Positions 30,432-41,357 of a stretch of 64,000 bases of DNA are shown here, piece after piece. This DNA comes from an uncultured Tissierellaceae bacterium. GTDB lineage: Bacteria; Bacillota; Clostridia; Tissierellales; Tissierellaceae. Within the stretch, counting starts at the first letter, position 1; the number at the start of each line of letters is the position of its first letter. Both the position numbers and the translations under genes were made by a program. The notes below the pieces were generated by a model. That model did no database searches. It saw nothing but the letters and a program-made list of their open reading frames with translations, and was not told the origin of the DNA. The stretch lies in assembly GCA_964637035.1 (NCBI GenBank), contig CAZWTU010000001.1:57938-121937 (forward strand), given 5' to 3'.

Positions 30432-30470
30432 ACTATTTTTTCTAAATAATATTGATTTAGAAAAAATAGT
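30432..30470 (+). repeat. Perfect 16-bp inverted repeat overlapping the rpsB promoter -35
   Basis: ACTATTTTTTCTAAAT (30432-30447) and ATTTAGAAAAAATAGT (30455-30470) are exact reverse complements, with a 7-nt spacer. Confidence 0.85.
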
Positions 30471-30480
30471 ATGTTATACT
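30452..30480 (+). promoter_or_regulatory. Sigma-A-type promoter for rpsB-tsf
   Basis: -35 TTGATT (30452-30457), 17-nt spacer, extended -10 TGtTATACT (30472-30480). About 100 nt upstream of the rpsB ATG. Confidence 0.6.
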
Positions 30481-30581
30481 ATCATAGTGATTACACACAT
30501 TTTTGGATATTTAAGGAGTTGCCCTAGGGTCCCTTATGTATATGAAGAAAATGGAGGAAAAAAACTTTGGAGGTGAATAGT

Positions 30582-31319
30582 ATGTCAGTAATTACAATGA
30601 AAAGTTTATTAGAAGCAGGAGTACATTTTGGACATCAAACTAGAAGATGGAATCCTAAGATGGCTCAGTATATTTTTACTGAGAGAAATGGGATATACAT
30701 TATTGACTTACAAAAAACGGTAAAGATGGTGGAGACGGCCTATAACTTCGTAAAAGAAGTTGTTGAAGACGGAGGAGAAGTATTATTCGTTGGTACAAAA
30801 AAACAGGCACAAGAGGCTATCGAACATGAGGCAAAAAGATGTAATATGCATTATGTGAATCAAAGATGGCTGGGTGGTATGTTAACCAATTATAAAACCA
30901 TTAGGAACAGGGTAAACAGACTACATGAACTAGGAAAAATGGAAGAAGAAGGTATATTTGAATTACTTCCAAAAAAAGAAGTTATTCAATTAAATCATGA
31001 GGCTGAAAGACTTGAAAAATTCTTAGGTGGAATAAAAAACATGAATAGGATACCAGATGTTTTATTTGTTGTAGATCCTAGAAAAGAAAGAATAGCTGTT
31101 AAAGAAGCTCAAATACTTGGTATTCCTGTTATAGCTATAGTTGATACTAACTGTGATCCAGATGAAATAGATTATGTTATTCCTGGAAATGATGATGCAA
31201 TAAGAGCAGTTAAATTATTAACAGAAACAATGGCTAATGCAGTTTTAGAAGGAAAGCAAGGGGAACAAATGGAAGAAACAAAAGAAGTCGAAGAAGTAAA
31301 TGAAAGTAAAGAATCATAA
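30582..31319 (+). CDS. rpsB: 30S ribosomal protein S2
   Basis: ATG 30582 after [34 protein letters not shown]. Confidence 0.97.
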   Translation: MSVITMKSLLEAGVHFGHQTRRWNPKMAQYIFTERNGIYIIDLQKTVKMVETAYNFVKEVVEDGGEVLFVGTKKQAQEAIEHEAKRCNMHYVNQRWLGGMLTNYKTIRNRVNRLHELGKMEEEGIFELLPKKEVIQLNHEAERLEKFLGGIKNMNRIPDVLFVVDPRKERIAVKEAQILGIPVIAIVDTNCDPDEIDYVIPGNDDAIRAVKLLTETMANAVLEGKQGEQMEETKEVEEVNESKES

Positions 31320-31352
31320 GATATAAACAATTTAGAAGAGTTAATATATAAG

Positions 31353-31395
31353 GGTAAGGGTTAAAGGGTTTTTCTCTTCTGCTCTTACCATTTTT
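31353..31395 (+). terminator. Possible attenuator hairpin between rpsB and tsf
   Basis: GGTAAGGG (31353-31360) pairs with GCTCTTACC-side bases 31382-31389 (8 bp including one G-U), large loop, followed by ATTTTT. Confidence 0.35.
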
Positions 31396-31417
31396 ATCAA
31401 TATGGGAGGAAAATAAT

Positions 31418-32065
31418 ATGAAGATAACAGCAGCAAGCGTAAAGGAATTACGTGATATAACCCAAGCGGGTATGATGGATTGTAAAAATGCTTTAGTAGA
31501 AACTGAAGGTAATATAGAAAAGGCAGTAGACTTATTGAGGGAAAAAGGATTGTCAAGTGCTGCAAAAAAATCTGGAAGAATTGCTTCAGAAGGTTTAGTT
31601 GATGCATATATTCACGGTGGGAGAATTGGAGTTTTAATAGAAGTTAATGCTGAAACGGATTTTGTTGCAAAAACAGATGATTTTAAAGATTTTGTTAAAG
31701 ATATGGCTATGCAAGTAGCAGCTACTAACCCTAAATATGTTTCAAGAGATGATGTACCTAAGGATGAAATAGATAAAGAAAAAGAAATTTTGAAACAACA
31801 AGCTTTAAATGAAGGAAAACCAGAGCATGTAGTTGAAAAGATGGTTGTTGGTAGATTAGAAAAGTTCTTTGAACAAATTTGCCTATTAGATCAAAAGTTC
31901 ATAAAAGATTCAGATGTTAAGGTTCAAGATTTATTAAATGAGAAAATTTCTAAAATTGGAGAAAATATAAAAATCCGTAGATTTGTTAGATATGAAGTAG
32001 GAGAAGGTCTTGAAAAAAGAGAAGAAAATTTTGCTGATGAGGTTGCTAAGCAAATGAATTCATAA
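31418..32065 (+). CDS. tsf: Elongation factor Ts
   Basis: [25 protein letters not shown]-terminal UBA-like domain. Follows rpsB. Confidence 0.97.
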   Translation: MKITAASVKELRDITQAGMMDCKNALVETEGNIEKAVDLLREKGLSSAAKKSGRIASEGLVDAYIHGGRIGVLIEVNAETDFVAKTDDFKDFVKDMAMQVAATNPKYVSRDDVPKDEIDKEKEILKQQALNEGKPEHVVEKMVVGRLEKFFEQICLLDQKFIKDSDVKVQDLLNEKISKIGENIKIRRFVRYEVGEGLEKREENFADEVAKQMNS

Positions 32066-32071
32066 TTAGGT

Positions 32072-32100
32072 GGAGAACAGCATTTTGTTCTCCTTTTGAT
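32072..32100 (+). terminator. Rho-independent terminator after tsf
   Basis: GGAGAACA (32072-32079) / TGTTCTCC (32086-32093), 6-nt loop, then TTTTGATT. Confidence 0.7.
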
Positions 32101-32129
32101 TAATACAAAATTTTACTTGGAGGGATTTA

Positions 32130-32843
32130 ATGAATCCTATTTTTAAAAGGGTTGTACTTAAAATTAGTGGTGAAGCTTTATCTGGTGAGCAAGGTGTAGG
32201 TATTGATATTCCTACCATTGATAAAATAGCAATGGAAGTAAAGCAATTACATAATCTAGGTGTTCAGGTATCTATAGTAGTAGGTGGAGGTAATTTTTGG
32301 CGTGGAAGGGTTACAAGGGATATGGATAGAACAACATCTGATTATATGGGGATGTTAGGCACCGTAATGAATGGATTAGCTTTACAGGATTCATTAGAAC
32401 GAATTAATGTAGACACTAGGGTTCAATCAGCAATTGAAATGAGACAGATAGCAGAACCTTATATTAGAAGAAGAGCAATACGTCATTTAGAGAAAGATAG
32501 GGTTGTTATTTTTTCGGCTGGTTCTGGTAATCCATATTTTTCAACGGATACTACTGCGGCACTTAGGGCTGCTGAAATAGAAGCCGATGTTATATTATTA
32601 GCTAAAAAAGGTGTAGATGGAATATACGATTCTGATCCTAAGTTTAATAAAGAAGCTAAAAAATTTGAAGTTTTAACTTATATTGATATTTTAAATTTAG
32701 GTTTAGGTATTATGGATTCTACTGCAACTAGTCTATGTATGGATAATAAAATTCCACTAATAGTATTTGGTATTGACAAACCAAATAATATTATAAATGT
32801 TGTTTTAGGTAAGAAAATTGGGACCCATGTAAAGGAGGATTAA
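32130..32843 (+). CDS. pyrH: UMP kinase
   Basis: [12 protein letters not shown] and VGGGNFWRG motifs. Conserved tsf-pyrH-frr order. Confidence 0.97.
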   Translation: MNPIFKRVVLKISGEALSGEQGVGIDIPTIDKIAMEVKQLHNLGVQVSIVVGGGNFWRGRVTRDMDRTTSDYMGMLGTVMNGLALQDSLERINVDTRVQSAIEMRQIAEPYIRRRAIRHLEKDRVVIFSAGSGNPYFSTDTTAALRAAEIEADVILLAKKGVDGIYDSDPKFNKEAKKFEVLTYIDILNLGLGIMDSTATSLCMDNKIPLIVFGIDKPNNIINVVLGKKIGTHVKED

Positions 32844-32844
32844 T

Positions 32845-33402
32845 ATGCTTAGAAAAGTATATAAAGAAACTGAAGAAAGAATGAGTAAGACAATTTCTGT
32901 GTACAGTGAAGAACTACAAAGCATAAGAGCAGGTAGAGCGAATCCGGTATTGCTTGACAAAATTTCAATAGATTACTACGGACAGATAACACCATTAAAG
33001 CAAGTAAGTAGTGTTTCAGCTCCTGAGCCAAGACTTTTAGTTATACAACCCTGGGATTCTACTTTAATTCCTATTATTGAAAAAGAAATACTAAAATCTG
33101 ACTTAGGATTAAACCCTTCTAATGATGGAAAGCTAATTAGACTTGTTATTCCTATATTAACAGAGGAAAGAAGAAGGGATTTAACAAAGTTAGTTAAGAA
33201 AAGTGGTGAAAATGCTAAAATTTCTATTAGGAACATTAGAAGAGATTCAAATGACCAATTGAAAAAAATGGAAAAAGATAAAGATATAAGTGAAGATGAA
33301 AAAAGAATAGCAGAAGATGAAATACAAAAAATTACTGATAAATACACTAAAGAATTAGATGATATAACTAAGAAAAAAGAAGACGAATTAATGGAAATAT
33401 AG
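32845..33402 (+). CDS. frr: Ribosome recycling factor
   Basis: 185 aa. [20 protein letters not shown]. Confidence 0.97.
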   Translation: MLRKVYKETEERMSKTISVYSEELQSIRAGRANPVLLDKISIDYYGQITPLKQVSSVSAPEPRLLVIQPWDSTLIPIIEKEILKSDLGLNPSNDGKLIRLVIPILTEERRRDLTKLVKKSGENAKISIRNIRRDSNDQLKKMEKDKDISEDEKRIAEDEIQKITDKYTKELDDITKKKEDELMEI

Positions 33403-33405
33403 GAA

Positions 33406-33434
33406 AACCCCTTCTTTAAGGAGGGGTTTTTTTA
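33406..33434 (+). terminator. Rho-independent terminator after frr
   Basis: AACCCCT (33406-33412) / AGGGGTT (33422-33428), followed by a T-run to 33433. Confidence 0.75.
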
Positions 33435-33442
33435 ATAATGGG

Positions 33443-34201
33443 GTGAATACTATGATGGATAAGGAATTGCCTATTGTGGAATTAGAAAAGAATATAGATA
33501 TGGAAAACTTACCAAAACATATAGGTATAATTATGGATGGTAATGGTAGATGGGCTAAAAAAAGATTCTTACCTAGAAACTATGGTCATCAAGAGGGAAT
33601 GAAAAGAGTCGTAGAAATTGTTACTGCTGCCAATAATCTTGGTATAAAACATTTGTCTTTATATGCTTTTTCCACTGAAAATTGGAAAAGGCCTGATGAT
33701 GAAATAAATGGTTTAATGAAAATATTGGTATTATACATTCATAAGGAATTAGACAAACTACATAGTAACAATGTAAAAGTAAAAATTATGGGTAATATAG
33801 ACAAATTACCTAGTTTTGCAAAAAATGAAGTTATAAAAACAATTGATAAAACTTATAATAATACTGGTATGATTTTAAATATAGGATTAAATTATGGTGG
33901 TAGAGACGAAATAATATATGGAATAAAAAAAGTTTTTATTGATATAGAAAAGGGTAAGACTAAGATAGATGACCTAAATATAGACAGTTTTAAAAACTAT
34001 CTGTTCACTAAGGGTCAACCAGATTTAGATCTATTAATCAGGCCAAGTGGGGAATTAAGACTTAGTAATTTCATGTTGTACCAAGTAGCCTACTCAGAGT
34101 TTTATTTTTCAAATATATTATGGCCAGATTTTAAGGAAAAGAACTTGTTGTTGGCTATAATAGACTACCAAAAAAGAAATAGAAGATTTGGAGGAATATA
34201 A
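33443..34201 (+). CDS. uppS: Undecaprenyl diphosphate synthase
   Basis: HIGIIMDGNGRWAKKR and LSLYAFSTENWKRP. Start is GTG 33443 or, more likely, ATG 33452. Confidence 0.96.
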   Translation: MNTMMDKELPIVELEKNIDMENLPKHIGIIMDGNGRWAKKRFLPRNYGHQEGMKRVVEIVTAANNLGIKHLSLYAFSTENWKRPDDEINGLMKILVLYIHKELDKLHSNNVKVKIMGNIDKLPSFAKNEVIKTIDKTYNNTGMILNIGLNYGGRDEIIYGIKKVFIDIEKGKTKIDDLNIDSFKNYLFTKGQPDLDLLIRPSGELRLSNFMLYQVAYSEFYFSNILWPDFKEKNLLLAIIDYQKRNRRFGGI

Positions 34202-34978
34202 GTGAAAGATTTAAGCAAAAGGTTTCTCAGCGGAGTAATAGGTTTTTCATTATTAGTCTTTGTTGTTATAAAAGGCGGTTATTTACTAAATTTTTCTATA
34301 TATTTTATCTCTATAATAGGATTAAGAGAATTTTATAAAGCAGTAGAAAATATAAATATAAAACCTTTATATCCTATTGGGTATTTAGGATCTACAGCAA
34401 TATTTTTAACTTTTATTTTTAATATAGATTTATTTAATTTTGTACTAGTTTTATTAATTTTAATTACTCTTGGATCTAGCGTGTTTTTAAAAGAAATTAA
34501 ATTAATAGATATTGGTATTACTTTAATCGGTATACTCTACATACCCTTTTTACTCTTTCATATCATATATTTAGCTAATACCAAATATATTTGGTTGATT
34601 TTTACTATTGCATTTGGAACAGATACATTTGCATATATAGTAGGGAATTTAATAGGAAAAAGAAAACTTTGTCCTAAAATTAGTCCTAATAAAACAATAG
34701 AAGGATCCCTAGGGGGTATCATGGGAAGTATTTTTATGTCAGTAATTTATTCAAATATATTTGAATTAGGTGATTTATGGATAATAATATTAATATCTAT
34801 CTTTGGCTCAATAGTCTCCCAAATAGGTGATCTCACTGCCTCTACTATTAAAAGGCAGACGGGTATAAAGGATTATGGATTTATTATGCCAGGACATGGC
34901 GGTGTTTTAGACAGATTTGATAGTATAATTTTCACAGCCCCATTAATATACTATTGTATTATCAATTATTTAATTTAA
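34202..34978 (+). CDS. cdsA: Phosphatidate cytidylyltransferase
   Basis: GTG start abutting the uppS stop. Polytopic. Signature STIKRQTGIKDYGFIMPGHGGVLDRFDS. Confidence 0.93.
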   Translation: MKDLSKRFLSGVIGFSLLVFVVIKGGYLLNFSIYFISIIGLREFYKAVENINIKPLYPIGYLGSTAIFLTFIFNIDLFNFVLVLLILITLGSSVFLKEIKLIDIGITLIGILYIPFLLFHIIYLANTKYIWLIFTIAFGTDTFAYIVGNLIGKRKLCPKISPNKTIEGSLGGIMGSIFMSVIYSNIFELGDLWIIILISIFGSIVSQIGDLTASTIKRQTGIKDYGFIMPGHGGVLDRFDSIIFTAPLIYYCIINYLI

Positions 34979-34998
34979 TAGAAATAGGTGGTGTTTGT

Positions 34999-36006
34999 AT
35001 GTTAACAGCAATATCAGCAATATTTGTATTTTTAACAGTAATATTAGTCCACGAATTTGGGCACTTTGCAGTAGCTAAATTAGTTGGAATTAAGGTAAAT
35101 GAATTCTCTATAGGGATGGGTCCTAAAATATTACAAAGAAAAAAAGGTGAAACTGAATATACACTTAGAATATTACCAATTGGCGGATATGTTAAGATGG
35201 AAGGAGAAGATGAATCCTCAAATAATCCTAGAAGCTTTAATAACGCTAATGTTTTTTCTAGGATAGGAGTTCTTGCTGCAGGCGCTATTATGAATTTTAT
35301 ATTAGCCCTTGTTACTTTATCTATTGTATCTTATGGTTTAGGTGTTGGTACAACTACTATAAAAATTAGACAAGGTATGCCAGCTGAAGAAAGTGGTATG
35401 ATTTCAGGTGACACTATAATTAGTGTAAATGAAAATCCTACAAATACTTGGGATTCCGTAGTAGAGAATATAAATAATTCAGCTTTCAATAAGGATATTG
35501 AAGTAAAAGTAATAAGAGATAATAAAGAAAAAACATTTATTATAAAGCCTATTATAGAAGATGATAGAAATCAAATAGGTATAGAAACCACAGTTGAAAA
35601 ATCCTTCTTAATTGCAATCCGGGGGGGATTCGAAAAAACTGGAATGTTTATAGGAGCAATGTTCGAATTTATTGCTATGCTATTTAAGGGGCAGGTTGGA
35701 ATTAATAGTTTGGCAGGTCCTGTAGGTGTAATCAAGGAAGTAGGGGTTGTTGCTAAATTAGGTATATATAATTTGCTGTTTTTCCTTGGTTTTATAAGTA
35801 TAAATTTAGGTTTTTTAAACCTATTGCCCATACCTGCTTTAGATGGTAGTAGGATTGTATTTTTATTAGTAGAACTAGTTAGAGGGAAACCAATAGATCC
35901 GGAAAAAGAAGGATTTGTTCATTTTTTAGGTTTTATATTTTTAATATCATTAATGCTTTTAGTTACTTATAAAGATATAATAGGCTTAAGCTTTTTTAAT
36001 AAGTAA
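34999..36006 (+). CDS. rseP: RIP site-2 zinc metalloprotease RseP/RasP
   Basis: ATG 34999 after AGGTGGTG; track start 34954 overlaps cdsA. HEFGHF, an internal PDZ-like region, and LNLLPIPALDGS. Confidence 0.92.
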   Translation: MLTAISAIFVFLTVILVHEFGHFAVAKLVGIKVNEFSIGMGPKILQRKKGETEYTLRILPIGGYVKMEGEDESSNNPRSFNNANVFSRIGVLAAGAIMNFILALVTLSIVSYGLGVGTTTIKIRQGMPAEESGMISGDTIISVNENPTNTWDSVVENINNSAFNKDIEVKVIRDNKEKTFIIKPIIEDDRNQIGIETTVEKSFLIAIRGGFEKTGMFIGAMFEFIAMLFKGQVGINSLAGPVGVIKEVGVVAKLGIYNLLFFLGFISINLGFLNLLPIPALDGSRIVFLLVELVRGKPIDPEKEGFVHFLGFIFLISLMLLVTYKDIIGLSFFNK

Positions 36007-36030
36007 TATTTTTTTAGGAAAGGTGATAAA

Positions 36031-37080
36031 ATGCAAAGAAGATTGACAGAAGTCATAAAGGTAGGCGAAGTATTGATTGGAGGAAACAATCCTATTTCAG
36101 TACAATCTATGACTAATACTAAAACCAAAGATATAAAATCTACAGTAAAACAAATAAAAACATTAGAAGATGCAGGATGCCATATTATAAGATGCGCTAT
36201 TGTAGATAATGAAGATGCAAAGGCCATACCTGAAATAAAAAAACAAATTGGGATACCAATCATTGGCGATATTCAATATGACTATAAGCTTGCCCTTGAA
36301 GCTGTTAAATATGGGGTTGATGGCCTAAGGCTAAATCCTGGTAACATTGGTTCATTAAATAATGTTAGGAAAGTTGTAAAGGCTTGTAAAGATAAAGGTA
36401 TATCGATTAGAGTTGGTGTTAATTCTGGTTCAATAAAACAAGAATACCTAAACCAGTACAATGGTGTAAATGAGGACTCCATGGTATATAGTGCATTAGA
36501 GCAAGTAAGATTGCTTGAATCAATGGATTTTTTTAATATAAAACTTTCTTTAAAAGCTAGCTCAGTAGTTTTAAGCATAAAGACCTATGAAAAGATATCA
36601 AGAATGGTAAATTATCCTTTACATCTAGGTATTACAGAGGCAGGCCCTATCGGAAGAGGATCAATAAAATCTGCTGTTGGAATAGGATCTATTTTGTCTA
36701 TGGGGATAGGAGATACCATTCGTGTTTCTTTAACAGGCAATCCTGTAGAAGAAGTTAAAGTGGGTAAAGAGATATTAAAGTCACTAGGCTTGTTAAAAGA
36801 TGGTATTGATATAATTTCATGCCCAACCTGTGGAAGAACAAATATTGATTTGATTCACATAGTTCAAGAGGCTGAGAAACGATTAGAAGGAATAAACAAG
36901 GATCTTACTGTAGCTATTATGGGTTGTGGTGTAAATGGGCCAGGAGAGGCTAGAGAAGCTGATATTGGTATAGCCGGTGGCAATGGAGAAGGTATAATCT
37001 TTAAAAAGGGTAAAATAATAAAAAAAGTCAAAGAAGAAGAACTCTTAGAAGAATTAATAAAAGAAATTAACAATTTATAA
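36031..37080 (+). CDS. ispG: HMBPP synthase IspG (GcpE), MEP pathway
   Basis: 349 aa. Fe-S ligand contexts SCPTCGRT and MGCGVNGPGEA. Confidence 0.95.
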   Translation: MQRRLTEVIKVGEVLIGGNNPISVQSMTNTKTKDIKSTVKQIKTLEDAGCHIIRCAIVDNEDAKAIPEIKKQIGIPIIGDIQYDYKLALEAVKYGVDGLRLNPGNIGSLNNVRKVVKACKDKGISIRVGVNSGSIKQEYLNQYNGVNEDSMVYSALEQVRLLESMDFFNIKLSLKASSVVLSIKTYEKISRMVNYPLHLGITEAGPIGRGSIKSAVGIGSILSMGIGDTIRVSLTGNPVEEVKVGKEILKSLGLLKDGIDIISCPTCGRTNIDLIHIVQEAEKRLEGINKDLTVAIMGCGVNGPGEAREADIGIAGGNGEGIIFKKGKIIKKVKEEELLEELIKEINNL

Positions 37081-37112
37081 TAATTATGATTAAAGAAGGG
37101 GGATAGTTTCCT

Positions 37113-40100
37113 ATGAACAAAGGAGAATTATTACTTTCAAGTTTAATAAAGGATAAAAGCTATAATATTGAAAATAACGGACTTATAGTTAATAAAGTTG
37201 AACTATTTAAAAGCAATATGAAACTAATTATAAATATAAATTCCTCAAAAGTTGTAAAGAATAAAGATTTTGAAAAGATAAATAAATTTTTTCAAAATCT
37301 TTTTCATGAGTTTACTGTTTTTATCGATTTAAAATATAATGTTTCTGGAAACAAAGACCATAAAGTTAATTTAAGTAAAGATATTTTATTAGAATATATA
37401 AAAACTAATATACAATCTAGTAATTCGTGGATTAAGGATTTAGAGTTGCAAATAAGTTCAGATTCTTTAATTATGTTTCCTCCAAATCATGGCGCTTATT
37501 TCTCCATGAATAAAAATGAATTTATAAATGAATTAGAAAACAAACTTTTAAATGAAATGGATTTAAGTATTAATATAAAAGTTTCAGATTCTAAATTTAA
37601 AATTGAAAAGAATTATTTAAATATTAAAGATAATGAAGAAAAGATAATGGCAGCTAAGATTATAAAGGAAAACCCTATTACTAGTAATAGTAAAAACAAT
37701 AACTATTCCTTTGGAAAAAGAATTAGTGGTTTACCTGTTGATATAAATGAAGTTAGCTTAGAAACTGGAACCTGTGTTATAGCAGGCGAAATCTTTGATT
37801 TCGAAACAAGGGATATCAAAAATAATAAAACTTTAGTTACATTTAATATCTCAGATAAAACTAATTCAATTACTGTTAAATGTTTCCTATCTAAGGAAGA
37901 TTCCACTAGATTTTTAACAAATGTCCAAAACGAGAGCTTTGTTAAGATTCAGGGGAATATTACCTTTGATAATTATTCCAGATCAACTGTTATGATGTTG
38001 AATTCCCTAGAATTATTGGAAAAAGAAACACGGCAAGATAATGAAATTGAGAAAAGAGTTGAATTACATTTACATACAAAAATGAGCTCAATGGATGGAA
38101 TATCTGATCTGAAAAAAATTGTTGCAAGGGCAAAAGAATGGGGGCATAAAGCTTTAGCTATTACAGATCATGGCACAGTCCAAAGCTTCCCACATGCAAT
38201 GGACTTGGGTAAAGAAATGGATATAAAGATGATTTACGGTGTTGAAGGATACTTAATAAATGATAAAAAAGCTATTGTAAAAAACTTTAATAATGATAAA
38301 GAATATTCTTCCTATGTAGTTTTTGATATAGAGACAACTGGATTATCCGCAATAAATGATAAGATTACTGAAATAGGTGCAGTTAAAATCGTAGATAATA
38401 AAATTGTAGATAGATTTAACCAGCTTATAAATCCAGAAAGACCTATACCACAATTTATTACTAAATTAACGGGAATTACAGACAATATGGTAAAAGACAT
38501 GCCTAGTATTGATCAGGTTATTTTAGAATTCAATGATTTTATAAAAGATAATGTATTAGTTGCTCACAATGCACAATTTGATATTGGATTCATTAGGCAA
38601 AATATGAAAAGCTCCAATTTGAATTTAAATAATCCAGTTTTAGACACTCTTGAGTTAGCTAGGGCAGTTTTTCCAGATTTAAAAAACCATAAATTAAATA
38701 CTGTTGCTAAACATATGTCAGTAAATTTACATAATCATCATAGGGCAGTAGATGATGCTAATGCTACTGCAGAAATATTTTTAAAAATAATAGATTTACT
38801 AAGGGAAAAGAATATTTTATCATTTGAAGAAATAAATAATTTGAATTCCAATAAAACCTTAAAAAAAGAAAGGTCATTTCATATAATTATACTTGCAAAG
38901 AACCTAGTAGGCTTAAAAAATTTATATAAATTAATTTCAGATTCTCATATGAATCACTTTTATAGAAGACCTAGAATTCCTAAGTCACTTCTAGAGGCAA
39001 ATAGGGAAGGATTAATTATAGGGTCCGCATGTGAAGCAGGAGAGCTATATCAAGCTATACTAAGTAATAGTAGCAAAAGTGAAATTGAAAATATAGTTAG
39101 TTTTTATGATTATTTAGAGATACAACCTATAGATAATAATAAGTTTCTAATTGATAAAGGAATTTTAAATGATAAGGACCAACTAAAAGATATAAATAGG
39201 AAGATTTACAAGCTAGGAAAACAAAATAATAAGCTTGTTGTTGCTACTGGAGATGTTCACTTTCTTGATCCAGAAGATGAAGTATATAGGAGAATTTTAA
39301 TGAGTGGTCAAAACTTTTCTGATGCAGATTCTCAACCACCCCTGTACTTTAAAACAACAAAAGAAATGTTAGAAGAATTTTCCTATTTAGGAGAGGAAAG
39401 TTCCAGGGATGTAGTAATAAAAAATACAAATATAATAAATAATATGATAGAGGAGATACTACCTATACCACCAGGAACATTTCCTCCTATTATTGAAGGC
39501 TCAGAAGAAGAATTAAAAGAAATAACTTTCAACAAGGCATATGAAATATATGGAAGTCCACTCCCAGAGATTGTCAAAGAAAGACTTGAAAGAGAGCTTA
39601 ATTCTATAATAAAAAATGGATATGCTGTTATGTATATAATTGCACAAAAACTAGTATGGAAGTCCATAGAGGATGGATATTTAGTTGGCTCCAGAGGTTC
39701 TGTCGGTTCATCTTTCGCTGCAACTATGAGTGGGATTACTGAAATAAATCCTTTAGTACCCCATTATATATGCCCTAATTGTAAATATAGTGAGTTTTTT
39801 ACTGACGGGGATGTTGCTTCTGGGGCAGATTTAAAGGATAAAAATTGTCCTAAATGTGATAGTCAATTGATTAAAGATGGCCACGATATCCCCTTTGAAG
39901 TATTTTTAGGGTTTGAAGGTGATAAAGAGCCAGATATTGATTTAAACTTTGCTAGTGAATATCAAGCAGTTGCCCACAAATACACTGAAGAACTATTTGG
40001 TCCCGGCTATGTGTTTAGGGCTGGCACAATAGGTACTATTGCTGATAAGACAGCCTATGGTTTCGTTAGAAAGTATTTTGAAGAGAGGGAAATAAATGTT

Positions 40101-41357
40101 AACTCTGCTGAAATCAATAGATTAATTAAAGGTTGTACTGGAGTTAGAAGAACTTCGGGTCAACACCCTGGCGGTGTTATGATTGTGCCAAAAACTAAGG
40201 ATATTTTAGATTTCACACCTATACAATATCCTGCAAATGATAAAAAATCAGGAGTTATAACTACTCATTTTGACTATAATGCTATTAGTAGTAGTATTTT
40301 AAAATTGGATATTTTAGGTCATGATGTACCTACGATTATTAGGATGCTAGAAGATATGACAGGGGTAGTAGCTACTAACATACCATTAGATGAGAAAAAA
40401 ACTATGAAGTTATTTACTAGTACAGAAACACTTGGCATTAGAAAAGAGGATATAAATTGCCAAGTAGGAACTTTAGGGATTCCAGAATTTGGTACAAAGT
40501 TTGTTAGGCAAATGTTAATAGACACCCAACCTAGTACTTTTTCCGAGTTAGTACGCATAAGCGGACTGTCTCATGGTACAGATGTTTGGATTAACAATGC
40601 CCAAAACCTAGTAAAAAACAATATAGCACCCTTGGGCAAAGTAATTTCTACCAGAGAAGATATTATGTTGTTTTTAATAAATGCTGGAGGGGAGAAAAAA
40701 TGGTCTTTCCAGGTAATGGAGAATGTTCGTAAGGGAAAAGGATTAAGTCTTGAGGATGAAAAAACAATGAGAAGACTAAAAGTTCCTGAATGGTATATTG
40801 ATTCTTGCAAAAAAATTAAATATATGTTTCCTAAAGCGCATGCTGCAGCTTATGTAATGATGTCTTTTAGGATAGCATATTTTAAAGTATATTACCCTGA
40901 GGCTTTCTATGCAACATATTTTACAATCAAAGCCAGTGATTTCGATGCAGATTTAGTCGTAAAGGGTAAAGAAACCGTTAAAGATAAAATTAAAGAACTA
41001 GAAAAAAAATCTAATGATATGACAGCTAAAGAAAGAAACCAATTAACCGTACTTGAAGTTGTGTTAGAAATGTACTGCAGAGGGCTTAATTTTCATAGGG
41101 TAGATTTATATAAATCTCATAGTGATAAGTTTATTATTTTAAATGACTCAATACTACCACCTTTAAGAAGCTTAGAAGGCTTAGGAGAGAATGTTGCTAG
41201 GAAGATAGTAGAGGAAAGAAATATATCCAAATTTATTTCTATGGAAGACCTAGTTAATAGGGGGGGAGTAAATAAAAGTGTATTGGAAGTATTGAGGGTT
41301 CATGGATGTTTAGAAAGCTTACCACTTAGTAATCAAATTAATCTTTTTAATATTTGA
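37113..41357 (+). CDS. polC: DNA polymerase III alpha subunit, Gram-positive type PolC
   Basis: 1414 aa. PHP (HLHTKMSSMDG), DEDD exonuclease insert (VVFDIETTGL ... HRAVDDA), Zn-finger CPNCKY...CPKCD, and a polymerase core. Confidence 0.98.
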   Translation: MNKGELLLSSLIKDKSYNIENNGLIVNKVELFKSNMKLIININSSKVVKNKDFEKINKFFQNLFHEFTVFIDLKYNVSGNKDHKVNLSKDILLEYIKTNIQSSNSWIKDLELQISSDSLIMFPPNHGAYFSMNKNEFINELENKLLNEMDLSINIKVSDSKFKIEKNYLNIKDNEEKIMAAKIIKENPITSNSKNNNYSFGKRISGLPVDINEVSLETGTCVIAGEIFDFETRDIKNNKTLVTFNISDKTNSITVKCFLSKEDSTRFLTNVQNESFVKIQGNITFDNYSRSTVMMLNSLELLEKETRQDNEIEKRVELHLHTKMSSMDGISDLKKIVARAKEWGHKALAITDHGTVQSFPHAMDLGKEMDIKMIYGVEGYLINDKKAIVKNFNNDKEYSSYVVFDIETTGLSAINDKITEIGAVKIVDNKIVDRFNQLINPERPIPQFITKLTGITDNMVKDMPSIDQVILEFNDFIKDNVLVAHNAQFDIGFIRQNMKSSNLNLNNPVLDTLELARAVFPDLKNHKLNTVAKHMSVNLHNHHRAVDDANATAEIFLKIIDLLREKNILSFEEINNLNSNKTLKKERSFHIIILAKNLVGLKNLYKLISDSHMNHFYRRPRIPKSLLEANREGLIIGSACEAGELYQAILSNSSKSEIENIVSFYDYLEIQPIDNNKFLIDKGILNDKDQLKDINRKIYKLGKQNNKLVVATGDVHFLDPEDEVYRRILMSGQNFSDADSQPPLYFKTTKEMLEEFSYLGEESSRDVVIKNTNIINNMIEEILPIPPGTFPPIIEGSEEELKEITFNKAYEIYGSPLPEIVKERLERELNSIIKNGYAVMYIIAQKLVWKSIEDGYLVGSRGSVGSSFAATMSGITEINPLVPHYICPNCKYSEFFTDGDVASGADLKDKNCPKCDSQLIKDGHDIPFEVFLGFEGDKEPDIDLNFASEYQAVAHKYTEELFGPGYVFRAGTIGTIADKTAYGFVRKYFEEREINVNSAEINRLIKGCTGVRRTSGQHPGGVMIVPKTKDILDFTPIQYPANDKKSGVITTHFDYNAISSSILKLDILGHDVPTIIRMLEDMTGVVATNIPLDEKKTMKLFTSTETLGIRKEDINCQVGTLGIPEFGTKFVRQMLIDTQPSTFSELVRISGLSHGTDVWINNAQNLVKNNIAPLGKVISTREDIMLFLINAGGEKKWSFQVMENVRKGKGLSLEDEKTMRRLKVPEWYIDSCKKIKYMFPKAHAAAYVMMSFRIAYFKVYYPEAFYATYFTIKASDFDADLVVKGKETVKDKIKELEKKSNDMTAKERNQLTVLEVVLEMYCRGLNFHRVDLYKSHSDKFIILNDSILPPLRSLEGLGENVARKIVEERNISKFISMEDLVNRGGVNKSVLEVLRVHGCLESLPLSNQINLFNI

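Noticed and set aside
30567-30581. TTG 30567 as the rpsB start, and a 14-codon ORF at 30536-30580 in the rpsB leader.
   Set aside because: TTG 30567 overlaps the GGAGGTG that is correctly spaced for ATG 30582, and S2 proteins start at MSVI.... The leader mini-ORF has no SD at usable distance.
31341-31607. 88-aa minus-strand ORF spanning the rpsB-tsf intergenic region.
   Set aside because: It overlaps the tsf 5' end in antisense, has no SD and a low-complexity L/Y/P-rich product. The conserved rpsB-tsf operon leaves no expectation of a gene here.
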